Assembly: GCF_001458695.1 (NCBI RefSeq)
Contig: NZ_LN885086.1
Location: 1,830,001-1,862,000, forward strand
DNA: 32,000 nucleotides
From: Candidatus Nitrospira inopinata
Lineage (GTDB): Bacteria > Nitrospirota > Nitrospiria > Nitrospirales > Nitrospiraceae
Reading direction: 5' to 3'
A model generated the notes under the pieces. It worked only from the letters and a program-made list of their open reading frames with translations, was not told the origin of the DNA and made no database searches. A program made the translations under genes and the position numbers. This document shows, piece after piece, positions 1-9,751 of this stretch (within the stretch, counting starts at the first letter, position 1; the number at the start of each line of letters is the position of its first letter).

Positions 1-13
1 TTCGTTGAGGCAT
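1..13 (-). CDS. 5' end of an unidentified gene running off the left edge
   Basis: ATG at 13..11 (minus strand), with AAGGAGGG (revcomp of 20-27) 6 nt upstream. Only 4 codons are visible. Confidence 0.3.
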
Positions 14-110
14 AAGAAGCCCTCCTTGTTGAGGTCGTCTTGCTCTCCTTAGACGGAGATTCTTCGGGATGGTAAACGTCCTTGAGGGATAAGGTGCGTC
101 AATATAGTCC

Positions 111-1043
111 TTGACGACGGCCGGAAACAAGGGTATGTCCCTCGCCATGCCGCCGTCCACCACGCTGGCCTATGGATCGGTCGTGCTCGCCGCCGTGTTA
201 TGGGGCGGGTCGATTGTCGCCCAAAAGATGGCGCTGGGGTCCTTTTCGCCGGTCGAAGCCTCGGTGTTTCGCGACGTCGGCGGCTTGGCGATTCTGCTGG
301 TGACTTGGTGGGTTCAGGAACGGGGAACCTTGGCCATCGCTCGCTCGGACCTCTCTTTGTTGGGGCTGTTGGGGCTCGGCGTATTGGGCAATCACCTCTT
401 GATCCTGATGGGGCTCAACTACGTGAGCGGAGCGGTGGGCGGCGTCATTATCGGATCAAGCCCGGTGGTGACCTCTTTGCTTTCGGCTCTGTTGATCCGG
501 GACGTGCCGTTGCGCACCGTCTGGTTGGGGGCGGTGCTCTCGTTTGCCGGTGTCGGCCTGGTGTCCGTGGCGGGCTTTCAGGCGGCCGGAGAACAGCCTC
601 TCTTGGGTGGAACCTTGGTGTTTCTGGGCGTCGTGAGTTGGGCGCTTTACAGTATTGGAAGCCGCGCCATTATGGACCGGCTGTCCGCCTTGACCGTCAA
701 TTGGACGACCCTGCTTGTGGCGACGGTCTTGCAGATTCCGCTCCTGTGGACCGACCGAAAAGTGACGGACGCAGGTGTCTCGTCGGTGACGACCTCCGAT
801 TGGCTGGCCCTTGCGTATCTGATCGTCTTTGCCACGGCCGTAGCCCAGCAGGCCTGGCTGTTCGGCGTGAAGGGGATCGGTCCCTCGCGGGCGTCGGTGC
901 TGGGGAACCTCACGCCGGTCGCGGCGATCGGCTTATCGGCGCTGATTTTGAAAGAATCGGTCGGGCCGGTTGAAATGACCGGCATTGGCTTGATCCTGGC
1001 CGGCGTGTGGAGCGTGAACCGTCAAACGGCTAAACAGCCCTAG
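111..1043 (+). CDS. EamA/DMT-family transporter
   Basis: 310 aa, about 10 hydrophobic segments, duplicated EamA-like halves (VLWGGSIVAQK..., ALYSIGSR...). The ORF starts at TTG 111; ATG 135 is an alternative start. Confidence 0.85.
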   Translation: MTTAGNKGMSLAMPPSTTLAYGSVVLAAVLWGGSIVAQKMALGSFSPVEASVFRDVGGLAILLVTWWVQERGTLAIARSDLSLLGLLGLGVLGNHLLILMGLNYVSGAVGGVIIGSSPVVTSLLSALLIRDVPLRTVWLGAVLSFAGVGLVSVAGFQAAGEQPLLGGTLVFLGVVSWALYSIGSRAIMDRLSALTVNWTTLLVATVLQIPLLWTDRKVTDAGVSSVTTSDWLALAYLIVFATAVAQQAWLFGVKGIGPSRASVLGNLTPVAAIGLSALILKESVGPVEMTGIGLILAGVWSVNRQTAKQP

Positions 1044-1219
1044 GCGCCCTTTCTTTAGTTGCCAGATGGAAAGTTCCCAGATAGAAGGCCGGCGAAGCGG
1101 GTGCCGCCGCGCTCCGGGAATCAAAAAAGAAGAGAGCGGACAGTCCGAGGGGAGATTCCATCGTCGGGTAGGTCGCACGCGGTCTCCTGTTCTTTTCATC
1201 TGCATGGAGGGCTGGTGCC

Positions 1220-1612
1220 ATGCTTCAACAACGGATCAAGGAAGTGACTGTCGTCAATCAAAAGTTTTACGAGGCGTTCGAAAGCCTCGATATCGCCCGG
1301 ATGGACGATGTCTGGGCCCATCAGGACTATGTGACCTGCATCCACCCCGGTTGGACGATTCGCTCCGGCTGGCCCGCCGTCCGCGACTCCTGGGTCCTGA
1401 TCTTCAACAACACCTTCTCCATGAAGTTCGAGCTCACCGACGTGATGGTGCAGGTGGCGGGGGACATCGCCTGGGTGATCTGCGTCGAAAACCTGACCAC
1501 TCAACAGTCCGACGAACCGCAGCAGGCCAGGGTGCTGGCGACGAACCTCTACGAACGAATCGGCGATAAATGGCTGATGATCCACCATCACGGCTCGCCG
1601 GTGATGGGGTAA
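1220..1612 (+). CDS. SnoaL-like / NTF2-fold (DUF4440-like) protein
   Basis: 130 aa. N-terminal NQKFYEAFESLDIARMDDVW and C-terminal LYERIGDKWLMIHHHGS are typical of the SnoaL/ketosteroid-isomerase-like fold. GGAGGG lies 8 nt upstream of the ATG. Confidence 0.7.
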   Translation: MLQQRIKEVTVVNQKFYEAFESLDIARMDDVWAHQDYVTCIHPGWTIRSGWPAVRDSWVLIFNNTFSMKFELTDVMVQVAGDIAWVICVENLTTQQSDEPQQARVLATNLYERIGDKWLMIHHHGSPVMG

Positions 1613-1637
1613 GAGGAAAGAAGCAAGGCCACGCCTT

Positions 1638-1667
1638 GATGTGCAAGCAAGAGATGTGCAAGCAAGA
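1638..1667. repeat. Perfect tandem duplication, 2 x 15 nt (GATGTGCAAGCAAGA)
   Basis: Read directly: 1638-1652 is identical to 1653-1667. It lies in the intergenic region upstream of the acyltransferase gene. Confidence 0.9.
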
Positions 1668-1849
1668 AAGGGGACGGAACGGCGTGGATCGATCGCGATT
1701 TGCGCGCGGGTCAACCAATGGTCGGCGGAGGCCGATTGACAAGCGACGGAGGGCGCGCAACAATCGAAGCCCTTTTCAAGCCGATCAAGCCGAAGAGCCC
1801 GTTTCCCGGTGACGGGTTGGTCATTGTTCGGTTGCGGAGAGCTCAGTCC

Positions 1850-2956
1850 ATGGGGACTCAGCCCATGACAAGCGCCAGGGTATACGAAATCGACCTGCTC
1901 CGCTTCCTCGCCGCCCTGGCGATCGTGCTCTTTCACTACTCTTATAGAGGGCATGCGGCGGACGATTTGACGGTGATGTCGTATCCGGCGCTCGCTCCGG
2001 TCTTCAAGTACGGCTACCTGGGCGTCGAACTGTTTTTCATGATCAGCGGGTTCGTCATCCTGATGACCGCGGCGAATCGCAGCCTCGGCGAGTTTGTCAT
2101 CGCGAGAATCGTTCGCCTCTATCCGGCCTTTTGGACCTGCTGCACGATTACGTTCCTGGTGACGCTTGTCATCGGAGAGCCGCCTCACTCAGCCTCGCTG
2201 GCTCGCTATCTCGCCAACATGACCATGCTGTCCGGTTTTGTGGGCATCGTCTCGATTGACGGTGCCTACTGGTCGTTGTTCGTCGAGCTGCAATTTTATG
2301 TTCTGGCGGCGCTCCTCGTGGGCGGTCGGCGAATCCATCGGCCCGAACCATTTCTCTGGTTGTGGCTCCTCGCCTCGACGGCATTCGCCATTTATCCGGT
2401 GGGAGCGTCGTATTCCCTGCTGATCGCTGAGTACTCGGCCTTCTTTATCGCGGGAGCAGCCTGTTTCCTGATCTGGTCGAACGGGTTGTCTCTGCCGCGA
2501 GCCGTGCTGATCGCCTGTTCGTGGGGTCTTGCGCTGTTTCAGTCCCTGCAGAAGTTGCGATCGTTTGAACGGCATTTCAGCACGACGTTCGATATTTTTG
2601 TTGTCGAGGGAATTGTGACCCTCTTTTTTGTCGTCATGCTGTTGATCGCGCTGCGGCGGACGGCGTTCGCGAGTCGCAAAGAGTGGGTGGTCCTGGGCGC
2701 GATCTCGTATCCCCTCTATCTGCTCCACCAGAACGTCGGGTACATGGTGTTCAACGTCGCCTACCAAGGCGTCAATGTGCACGTGCTTTTTTGGGGCACC
2801 ATCATTGCGGCTCTCATCTGCGCATACCTCGTGCACGCGCTCGTTGAAAAACGATGGTCCGCCCCGCTGAAAACCATGCTCAATGTGTCGGCGGGCCGCG
2901 TGCAACGTCTCGCCGTGCGTTCCAAGCAGGATGCCTCTCAGGCGGTACGGCCCTGA
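1850..2956 (+). CDS. Acyltransferase family 3 (OafA/YrhL-like) membrane protein
   Basis: The IDLLRFLAALAIVLFH motif followed by multiple TM segments is characteristic of Acyl_transf_3. I chose ATG 1850 (GGAGA 9 nt upstream) rather than the track start 1700, whose extra N-terminus is Arg/Gly-rich. Confidence 0.85.
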   Translation: MGTQPMTSARVYEIDLLRFLAALAIVLFHYSYRGHAADDLTVMSYPALAPVFKYGYLGVELFFMISGFVILMTAANRSLGEFVIARIVRLYPAFWTCCTITFLVTLVIGEPPHSASLARYLANMTMLSGFVGIVSIDGAYWSLFVELQFYVLAALLVGGRRIHRPEPFLWLWLLASTAFAIYPVGASYSLLIAEYSAFFIAGAACFLIWSNGLSLPRAVLIACSWGLALFQSLQKLRSFERHFSTTFDIFVVEGIVTLFFVVMLLIALRRTAFASRKEWVVLGAISYPLYLLHQNVGYMVFNVAYQGVNVHVLFWGTIIAALICAYLVHALVEKRWSAPLKTMLNVSAGRVQRLAVRSKQDASQAVRP

Positions 2957-3010
2957 GAACGGTATGAATCCCAAAGCAGCTTGAACAGACCTCCTTGAGG
3001 TGGTCGTAAG

Positions 3011-3460
3011 ATGGCCGATCTCGTTCGTCGAGCGACAATGCAAGACCTTGATCGGCTCGTCCCGTTTTTCGACGCGTACCGTCAATTCTATGGGCAGGCG
3101 CCGGACCCGGCCGTGGCCCGGCGGTTTCTGCACGATCGTCTCGCGCGCAATGAATCTCTCGTGTTGATCGCGGAGGATCACGACGGTGTCGCGATCGGCT
3201 TTGTCCAGCTCTATTCCCTGTTCTCTTCCATCCTTGCCGCGCCGATGTATCTCTTGAGCGATCTGTTCGTTGTTCCCCACGCCCGTCGCCGTGGGGTCGG
3301 GACGAGGCTTCTCAAGGCGGCGGCGGAAGAGGCTCGGTCCGCCGGCGCGGTGCGTCTGGAATTGGCAACGGCGATCACGAATGCCGCGGCGCAACGGCTC
3401 TATGAACGATTGGGCTGGGTCCGTGACCAAGAATTCTACGTGTACAGCCTCTCGCTGTAA
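3011..3460 (+). CDS. GNAT-family N-acetyltransferase
   Basis: 149 aa. It carries an acetyl-CoA-binding-type motif, VVPHARRRGVGTRLLKAA, and the C-terminal RLYERLGW. Confidence 0.85.
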   Translation: MADLVRRATMQDLDRLVPFFDAYRQFYGQAPDPAVARRFLHDRLARNESLVLIAEDHDGVAIGFVQLYSLFSSILAAPMYLLSDLFVVPHARRRGVGTRLLKAAAEEARSAGAVRLELATAITNAAAQRLYERLGWVRDQEFYVYSLSL

Positions 3461-3480
3461 GGCACGGGGTTTCCGGGCGC

Positions 3481-3720
3481 TTACACGACCGGCGCGGTTG
3501 AGGGGAGGTCTTCGAGGCGAAGGGTTTTCATCCATTCGGCGACGACCGTGTCGCGTTCTTCCATGGTCATCGCGGCGTATTTGTGAAACATTTGCGGGCC
3601 TCGTTTGCGGCGCCAGGTGAGAAAATGGAGGAAGTGATCTTTGCAGATGGACCCCGTGCCGGCCGGCGCATAGGGCTTGCCTTGGCAATTCGGGACTCGG
3701 CATTGTTCATCCAACTGCAT
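3481..3720 (-). CDS. Small hypothetical protein with a Cys/His cluster
   Basis: The track ORF is 3481..3801, but ATG 3720 has AAGGAG 6 nt upstream. The product is 79 aa and contains CRVPNCQG...CKDH (CxxC...CxxH). I recognise no family. Confidence 0.5.
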   Translation of the reverse strand: MQLDEQCRVPNCQGKPYAPAGTGSICKDHFLHFLTWRRKRGPQMFHKYAAMTMEERDTVVAEWMKTLRLEDLPSTAPVV

Positions 3721-3827
3721 GGCTTGCTCCTTGCGAGGGCCAGTATGCCGAGCGGGTTCATGGATTTTCAAGGGCCGTACCGCCTTCCGCTTGATCTTCA
3801 CTCCGTCACTCGCTCAGACTGTGTCCC

Positions 3828-5303
3828 ATGCGTCGCATCTTCTTCTTGGTCTTCTCCGGGCTGTTGGTTGCCGGATCACTGGGCTGTGTTTCCCCTTCGC
3901 GCGAAGGGCTTCCGCCGAGCAGCCCCTTTCTCGCTTCGGTCGTGTTGGCGGAGGATCTCTTGCCTCAAGGCATTGCGGTCGGCGACGTCGGTTCCAGCGG
4001 CGCCATCATATGGGTGAGAACGGACGGGCCGGCGTTGGTGCGGATCGAATGGGCGACGCCGGCGCAATGGGAGACTGTTTCGAAAATGGGATCGGCGCGA
4101 GCCCCCGTCTCCAGAACCGACCGGCTGTCCACGACGAGCGAATCGGATTACACCCTCTCCGTTCCGATCCAAGGCTTGGCTCCGGCCACCCGGTACCGGT
4201 ACCACGTGTGGATTGAACGAAGGGGATCGACGGGACACGAGCAGCCGACACTGGCGGCGAAGGGTGAATTCACGACCCTGCCGGATGCAACTACCTCCGC
4301 TCCCATCACCTTCGTTTGGAGCGCGGATCTGGGAGGCCAGGGCCACTGCCGCCAAGGGGAGGCTGGTTATCCGATGTTCGATGTGATGCGGCAGAAAGAC
4401 CCCGACTTCTTCCTCTTTTTAGGCGATACGATTTACGCCGACAATGCGTGTCCCGCTCCGCCCAACGAACCGGGGGCAACCGTTGTCGCGGCGACACTTG
4501 ACGAATACCGGGCCCGCCATCGCTATCAACGGGGCGCCGCCGCGCTCCGCCGATTTTTGGAAACCGTGCCGGTCTATGTGACGTGGGATGACCATGAGGT
4601 GCGCAATAATTTTGCCGGGCCGTTCGATGAGCGGATGCCCGAAGGACGACAGGCATTACGCGAGTATTGGCCCATTGGGTCACCGCCCGACGATCCGCAT
4701 CGGCTTTACCGGTCCGTCAGATACGGCGCAGATTTGGAACTGTTTCTTCTCGACACCAGACAGTACCGGAGCCGCAACGCCGAGCCGGATGGTCCGACCA
4801 AGACCATGTTGGGATCGGCTCAGTTGCAATGGCTGCTCGATGGGATCTCGCAATCGACCGCGACATGGAAGGTGATCGCGACGTCCGTGCCCCTGTCGGT
4901 GCCGAAAGGGGGAGGAGAAACGGTGCCCGGCAACGACGGCTGGGCCGGCGGTCCCGATGGAACCGGCTTTGAGCGCGAGCGGCAAGTGATCGTCGAGACT
5001 ATCCTCGATAAACGACTGAAGAACGTCGTGTTTCTCGCCGGCGACATCCATTGGGCCCAGGCCAACGCCTACGATCCGGATCGGGACGGTGTCGTCGATT
5101 TCCATGAATTCGTGGCCGGTCCGCTCTCGGCCAATCCGGGACGAATCACCGAGGCGGCGGGATCGCTCCATCCGACGCGCCTGTTCAATGAATCGGGCTA
5201 TCACAATTTTGGACTGGTTCGGGTGACCAAGACCCTGTTCGAAGCGGCCATCATCGATCAAACCGGCGTGACACGATTCGTCCATCGCGTGGCTGCTCGG
5301 TAG
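3828..5303 (+). CDS. PhoD-like alkaline phosphatase / metallophosphatase, lipoprotein
   Basis: Signal peptide with lipobox LVAGSLGC. PhoD-type motifs are present: DFFLFLGDTIYAD, WDDHEVRNNF, FLAGDIHW. Confidence 0.85.
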   Translation: MRRIFFLVFSGLLVAGSLGCVSPSREGLPPSSPFLASVVLAEDLLPQGIAVGDVGSSGAIIWVRTDGPALVRIEWATPAQWETVSKMGSARAPVSRTDRLSTTSESDYTLSVPIQGLAPATRYRYHVWIERRGSTGHEQPTLAAKGEFTTLPDATTSAPITFVWSADLGGQGHCRQGEAGYPMFDVMRQKDPDFFLFLGDTIYADNACPAPPNEPGATVVAATLDEYRARHRYQRGAAALRRFLETVPVYVTWDDHEVRNNFAGPFDERMPEGRQALREYWPIGSPPDDPHRLYRSVRYGADLELFLLDTRQYRSRNAEPDGPTKTMLGSAQLQWLLDGISQSTATWKVIATSVPLSVPKGGGETVPGNDGWAGGPDGTGFERERQVIVETILDKRLKNVVFLAGDIHWAQANAYDPDRDGVVDFHEFVAGPLSANPGRITEAAGSLHPTRLFNESGYHNFGLVRVTKTLFEAAIIDQTGVTRFVHRVAAR

Positions 5304-5422
5304 TCAATCGGCCTCCATTCAGCCCGTTGCAATCGTGGCGACCCCTTGCAATCGTGGACGGTTGGCGGGTACGGTACGACCGCTCAACTGTCTGGATGTC
5401 GATGTAAAAAGGAGAAGCAACC

Positions 5423-5905
5423 ATGTCCGGATTGATGTCGGCAGATGATGTGTTTGCGAAGGCCGAAGCGGCGGCGGTGGCCGCCACGGGGCCGGATGAG
5501 CGGGCCTTGCAGATCGATTACGCGGTGCTCAAGGAAAACGTTCGCGCGGCGCTCGGCGACCGCAAGGTGGCGTTGTGCCACGTGAACAAGTTTCTGCCGG
5601 AAGGATACGAAGACCAAGGCCGCTTCAACATGGTGCTGCTCACGGCCGGCAACGTGGTGTTCGACATGGTCATCGGCGATTCCTATTTCCGCTACGACGT
5701 GGTGTCGGTCGGCCGGCTGGACAAGGTACAGCTCATCGACGCCGTGTGGGACAACCGGGAAAAACGGCGGGAAGAGCCGTTCTTAAGCCTGCGACTCATG
5801 CACGGCGATGAAGCGCATCTGTTGCTGGCGTTGGACGATGACGAGCGGAAGAGCGTCCTGGCCTTTGCCAGAGCCGTGACCGACGCCAGGAATCCGGAAC
5901 GATAA
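5423..5905 (+). CDS. Hypothetical protein
   Basis: 160 aa ORF with AAAGGAG upstream of the ATG and codon usage like its neighbours. No recognisable domain. Confidence 0.6.
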   Translation: MSGLMSADDVFAKAEAAAVAATGPDERALQIDYAVLKENVRAALGDRKVALCHVNKFLPEGYEDQGRFNMVLLTAGNVVFDMVIGDSYFRYDVVSVGRLDKVQLIDAVWDNREKRREEPFLSLRLMHGDEAHLLLALDDDERKSVLAFARAVTDARNPER

Positions 5906-5978
5906 TATCTTCGAACGGGAACGGCGCCGTCCCCACTCCATCGATGAACCGGTCTTCCGGCTCGGCTCATACTCAAGG

Positions 5979-7640
5979 TCAATACAAATAGATCGCGCCA
6001 CTATCCAAGTTTGGACTGTCCTTGAGAGGGCTGCCTACCGCGAGGGTATGGCCGTCGGCGGACAAGGAAAGGCTCACGCCAAACCAGTCGCCGGCTTCCG
6101 TATTCGAGGCCTTCACATAGGCCTGTTGGGTCCATGAATTTCCGATTCGAGTGAAGACATAGACCGCGCCGCTGTCGATGGCGCCGTTGTCGGTCTGGTC
6201 GCCGTTGATGCCGAGGGCGCGGCTGTCTTCCTGGAGCGCTCCGATCGCCAGGGTGCTCCCGTCGGCGGAAAAAGCCAGGGCGGTGCCGAACCAATCATCT
6301 GCCTCGGTGTTGGAGGCTTTTACATAGGCCTGTTGAGTCCATGTTCCTCCGCTGCGCGTGAAGAGATACACGGCGCCGCTGTCCGGAGCGAGATTGTTGT
6401 TCTGATCCCCATTGACGCCGATGGCGGCACTGTCTTCGAACGGCGCTCCAACCGCCAGGGTCTGACCGTCAGGACTGAGGGCCACTCGGAGTCCAAACCA
6501 ATCGTTGGATTCAGCGTTTGAAGCCAGCAGGATCGACTCATGAATCCACGAGCTGCCGTCAAAGGCAAAGACATGGACGACGCCGGCATCAAGACCGGCA
6601 CTGTCTGTGAGCGGCGCCCCCACTGCCAGGGTCCGACCCTCTGCCGAGAGACTCACGATCGTGCCGAACTGATCTCCGGCAGCCGGAGTTCCGGCTTTGA
6701 GCACAGCCTGTTGAGTCCAGATGCTGCCGGCCCGGCTAAAGAGATAGGTTGCGCCACTGTCGGGAGCAACGACATCGTTACGTGGCGCTCCAACGGCGAG
6801 GGTATGGCCATCGGCCGAGAGGCTCAGACTCGTGCCGAACTGTTCGCCCGCTTCCGGGGTGGTGGCAGTGAGCACGGCTTGCTCGGTCCAGACTCCTCCG
6901 GCGCGGACGAAAACACGCACGGCGCCACTGTCGATCGCCCCGTGGTCCGCTAATGGAACTCCGACGGCCAGGGTATTGCCGTCTTCGCTCAGCGCAAGGC
7001 CGAAGCCCAGCCAATCGCTCGTTCCAGGACTTGAAGCTCTCAGCTCGGCTTGTGGATTCCAATTGCTTCCGTTACGGACAAAGACATAGACGGCGCCGCT
7101 GTCAAAAACCGCGCTGTCTTCAAACGGGGCTCCGACGGCGAGGGTTTGACCATCGGCCGACAGTACGATGCTCAAGCCGAAGAGGTCGCCGGCTTGGCCG
7201 GCCGGAGTGGTCAGGTACCCAACGGCGGGGAGTAAGTCAGAGACCGAAACGGGGGCGGAGTCGGTGCAGCCGGCGCTGTTACAGGCCTGGACGATGTACC
7301 GGGCATTGACCCGGATGGGCAGAAAGGCGATATGGTCGTAGTCGGTCGTGTCTGCCGGGAGGGAAGCGATGGCGGAAAATCCAGCGCCCGGCGCCGGTTC
7401 TTCCAACAGTCGATACTCTGTTTCTCCGGTGACATCCTCCCACGTGAAGTGAAAGGTCTTGATCGCGGTCGGCGTCAGGGTGACGTTCAGAGGCGCAGCC
7501 GGGCGGGCAAGGCTTCTCCCCCTTCCGACACCGGCGCCGCCCCCACCGTCGGCGCAGGCGACCAGCCCGCCAATTACGGCGAGCAGGCCTATATTAAGAC
7601 TCGCCTTCGCGAGTTGATAGAAAGGCGAGACGGATTTCAT
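5979..7640 (-). CDS. FG-GAP repeat (integrin-alpha-like beta-propeller) lipoprotein with an N-terminal Fn3/Ig-like domain
   Basis: Lipobox LVAC. There are about seven repeats of the pattern FG..(L/V)(A/S)LSADG.TLAVGAP..D....DSGAVYVF. GGAGGA lies 8 nt upstream of the ATG. Confidence 0.85.
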   Translation of the reverse strand: MKSVSPFYQLAKASLNIGLLAVIGGLVACADGGGGAGVGRGRSLARPAAPLNVTLTPTAIKTFHFTWEDVTGETEYRLLEEPAPGAGFSAIASLPADTTDYDHIAFLPIRVNARYIVQACNSAGCTDSAPVSVSDLLPAVGYLTTPAGQAGDLFGLSIVLSADGQTLAVGAPFEDSAVFDSGAVYVFVRNGSNWNPQAELRASSPGTSDWLGFGLALSEDGNTLAVGVPLADHGAIDSGAVRVFVRAGGVWTEQAVLTATTPEAGEQFGTSLSLSADGHTLAVGAPRNDVVAPDSGATYLFSRAGSIWTQQAVLKAGTPAAGDQFGTIVSLSAEGRTLAVGAPLTDSAGLDAGVVHVFAFDGSSWIHESILLASNAESNDWFGLRVALSPDGQTLAVGAPFEDSAAIGVNGDQNNNLAPDSGAVYLFTRSGGTWTQQAYVKASNTEADDWFGTALAFSADGSTLAIGALQEDSRALGINGDQTDNGAIDSGAVYVFTRIGNSWTQQAYVKASNTEAGDWFGVSLSLSADGHTLAVGSPLKDSPNLDSGAIYLY

Positions 7641-7902
7641 GGTTTGCGTCCTCCATCGAATTACCCTGTGAGTCTTTGTTGTGACATGTGGAACTCCCTG
7701 CGTGCTTATCTGTAGTCTGGCGGCGGGCTCTTCCGCTATTCCTCATGCGAAGGAGGCGGTCCATACGAAAGGAGGGGGTTTCACAGAATGGGTTTGCCGA
7801 GGAACGGCGGCGGTTTTTCGTTTCGATGGCAGGAAATGAACGGAATGGGCCTTCACGAACGGAGCCCCTCTATCGGCGGACTCCGTTCGCGCGCGTCCGA
7901 GA

Positions 7903-8973
7903 TCAGCGAGTGGGATCGGGTTTGTCCCCGCGATTGACGAGCAAGTTGGGCGGCGGGCCGATCGGCTCGAAGTTTTTTAGGAGCGGGACATCGTCTTTGC
8001 GCACCCACAGGACGTCGTGATTGTACGAACCCAGCGGCCCAGACCCGCCGGAGAACATCGCGCCGTCCGGGGTGAAGGTCCAGCACATGTCTTCCCCGGC
8101 CGTATTGATCGTGTCGCCGAGATTCAACGGCTCTTGCCATTCGCCTCGGGGATTCTGATAGGAGATCCACATGTCGTGCCCGCCCCGTGACCCCATGTCG
8201 GGGCGAGTGCTGGTGAAGATGAGGACCTTCCCGTCTTTCGACAGACCCGTCCAATGGAGGTGGTCGCGATAGGGGGAATTGATGCGCGGCCCCAGACTCT
8301 CCGGTTTCTGCCACACGCCGTTTTTCTTCTCGACCTTCCAGATATCGCTGTCCTGCGTGACGCCCGGCTGTTGATAGCTGAAATAAATGAGGCTGTCGGA
8401 GACGATGATCGGGCAATGTTCCTCGCCCGTGGGCGTATTGATGTGAGGGAGCTCCGGCACGTCGTTCCAGTTTCTGGCCGGTTGCCAGACCCCGTTGACT
8501 TTCTGCACGACGTAGAGGTCGCCGGTCGAAAGATTGCCCGGCTCGTATCTGGTGAAGTAAATGACGTTGCCGTCATCCGAGAGACTCGGTTCCAGCTCCC
8601 ACGCGGAGGTATTGATATTCGGCCCCACGGTCGGATCGATGCCCGGTCCCAAGTGAATCGGCGGTTGCCAGACCCCGTCCACGGAGTGGGACATCCAGAT
8701 GTCAAAATTATAAGGAACTCCCGGCGACGGGATACTTCCCTCACGGGCCGAGACGAAGATTGCCGTCTTCCCATCGGCGCTATAGGTGATTTCGATCTCG
8801 GCGTCCGGTGAGTTGATCGGCTCGCCCATACTCTTCGAGAGCGCGGAACTCGCATGCGTGTGCCCGCCGTGCGGCGTCTCCATGCCGGACATCGCGTGGG
8901 GAGCGGCGGGAGTCAGTACGAGGGTGAGCACCGCCACGATGCCGTACATTGAGCCAACGGTCTTTCTGTCCAT
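7903..8973 (-). CDS. Secreted TolB-like (PD40/WD40-like) beta-propeller protein
   Basis: Repeated motifs: P(I/E)NLG..INS...E..P.LS.DG..LYF, and DIW(M/K)...(V/K)NGVWQ.P. It has a signal-like N-terminus and a His-rich stretch, PHGGHTH. I chose ATG 8973 (GGAGGAGG just upstream) over the track's TTG 8988. Confidence 0.7.
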   Translation of the reverse strand: MDRKTVGSMYGIVAVLTLVLTPAAPHAMSGMETPHGGHTHASSALSKSMGEPINSPDAEIEITYSADGKTAIFVSAREGSIPSPGVPYNFDIWMSHSVDGVWQPPIHLGPGIDPTVGPNINTSAWELEPSLSDDGNVIYFTRYEPGNLSTGDLYVVQKVNGVWQPARNWNDVPELPHINTPTGEEHCPIIVSDSLIYFSYQQPGVTQDSDIWKVEKKNGVWQKPESLGPRINSPYRDHLHWTGLSKDGKVLIFTSTRPDMGSRGGHDMWISYQNPRGEWQEPLNLGDTINTAGEDMCWTFTPDGAMFSGGSGPLGSYNHDVLWVRKDDVPLLKNFEPIGPPPNLLVNRGDKPDPTR

Positions 8974-9025
8974 ACCTCCTCCATTCAAATCATGGTGCGA
9001 TGATTCATCCGGCCGCGCGCCAAGC

Positions 9026-9445
9026 TCAGATTTCTCCCCTGTTCACTTGCCGGACTCGTTCTGCCGGGATGCTGAGGGCGGCCAAGAGGTAGTCCTTCAA
9101 TTCGCTGCTGTAGGGCTGGGCGGCCAGGGCCCGCTGCATGCACAAGAGCCAGGCGTCTCGTTCTTCGTAGCCGATCGGAAAGCGCTTGTGCGCGCCGGGG
9201 ATACTGATCGGTCCGTAGTGTTGTTGAAATAGCTTCGGTCCTCCCAGCCAGCCGCAGAGGAAATAGGTCAGTTTTTTGCGCGACTCGGTGAGATCGGCGG
9301 GGTGCATGGCTCTGATGACCTGTGCTTCCGGCAGCCTCTCCATGTTGGCGTAAAATTCATCCACCAACTTGGTGATGCCTTCGAGTCCCCCCGCCGCCTG
9401 GTAGGGGGTAAGCGCGGCGTCGTTCTCTTGGTCGTGGCTGGTCAT
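9026..9445 (-). CDS. glbO: Group II truncated haemoglobin (trHbO-like)
   Basis: 139 aa. Typical 2-on-2 globin group II motifs are present: FY..M, LFLCGWLGGP..Y....G...(I/L)...H..F.I...E.D.WL.CM..AL. Confidence 0.8.
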   Translation of the reverse strand: MTSHDQENDAALTPYQAAGGLEGITKLVDEFYANMERLPEAQVIRAMHPADLTESRKKLTYFLCGWLGGPKLFQQHYGPISIPGAHKRFPIGYEERDAWLLCMQRALAAQPYSSELKDYLLAALSIPAERVRQVNRGEI

Positions 9446-9515
9446 GTGAATCCTTGGTCACGTGTGAAAAGAAATCTAAACCGCCGAATTAGCCTTGCTG
9501 TTTGAGGCGTCGCTC

Positions 9516-9751
9516 TTACTCATCGTGGGATCCGATCCATACCCAAATGAAATCCGACCCATCCTCAACGGCTAACGCCCGGTGATGAGGTCCGACCCTC
9601 GCAGACCACGGTTTGCCGATTTTTTGAAGTGGAGCAAAGGGTATGCGGGATTCTCTTGCAAGGGGTCAAAGTTGTGTCGAGCCATGTCCTGGACCGATTC
9701 CGGAAGATCCGCAAAGAAAGTCCAGAACCGAGGCGTTGTGCGGTGCCTCAC
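9516..9751 (-). pseudogene. RelE/ParE-superfamily-like toxin, disrupted by a 1-nt frameshift
   Basis: GTG 9751 overlaps the antitoxin stop (GTGA). Frame 1 reads VRHRTTPRFWTFFADLPESVQDMARHNFDPLQENPAYPLLHFKK. After the A6 run (T6 at 9620-9625 on the + strand) the family-typical continuation IGKPWSARVGPHHRALAVEDGSDFIWVWIGSHDE* sits in the -1 frame. The span is 236 nt, which is 237 minus 1. Confidence 0.7.

Noticed and set aside
1196-3703. 330-aa and 504-aa minus-strand ORFs (1196-2188, 2189-3703)
   Set aside because: They are antisense to the SnoaL-like, acyltransferase and GNAT genes. They are Arg/Pro-rich and lack an SD.
9455-9512. Short palindrome GCCTCAAAC...GTTTAGA (minus strand) after the toxin pseudogene, considered as a terminal attC
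   Set aside because: It spans only about 34 nt, with imperfect cores and no inner L arms. At best it is a heavily deleted remnant, so it cannot be called.
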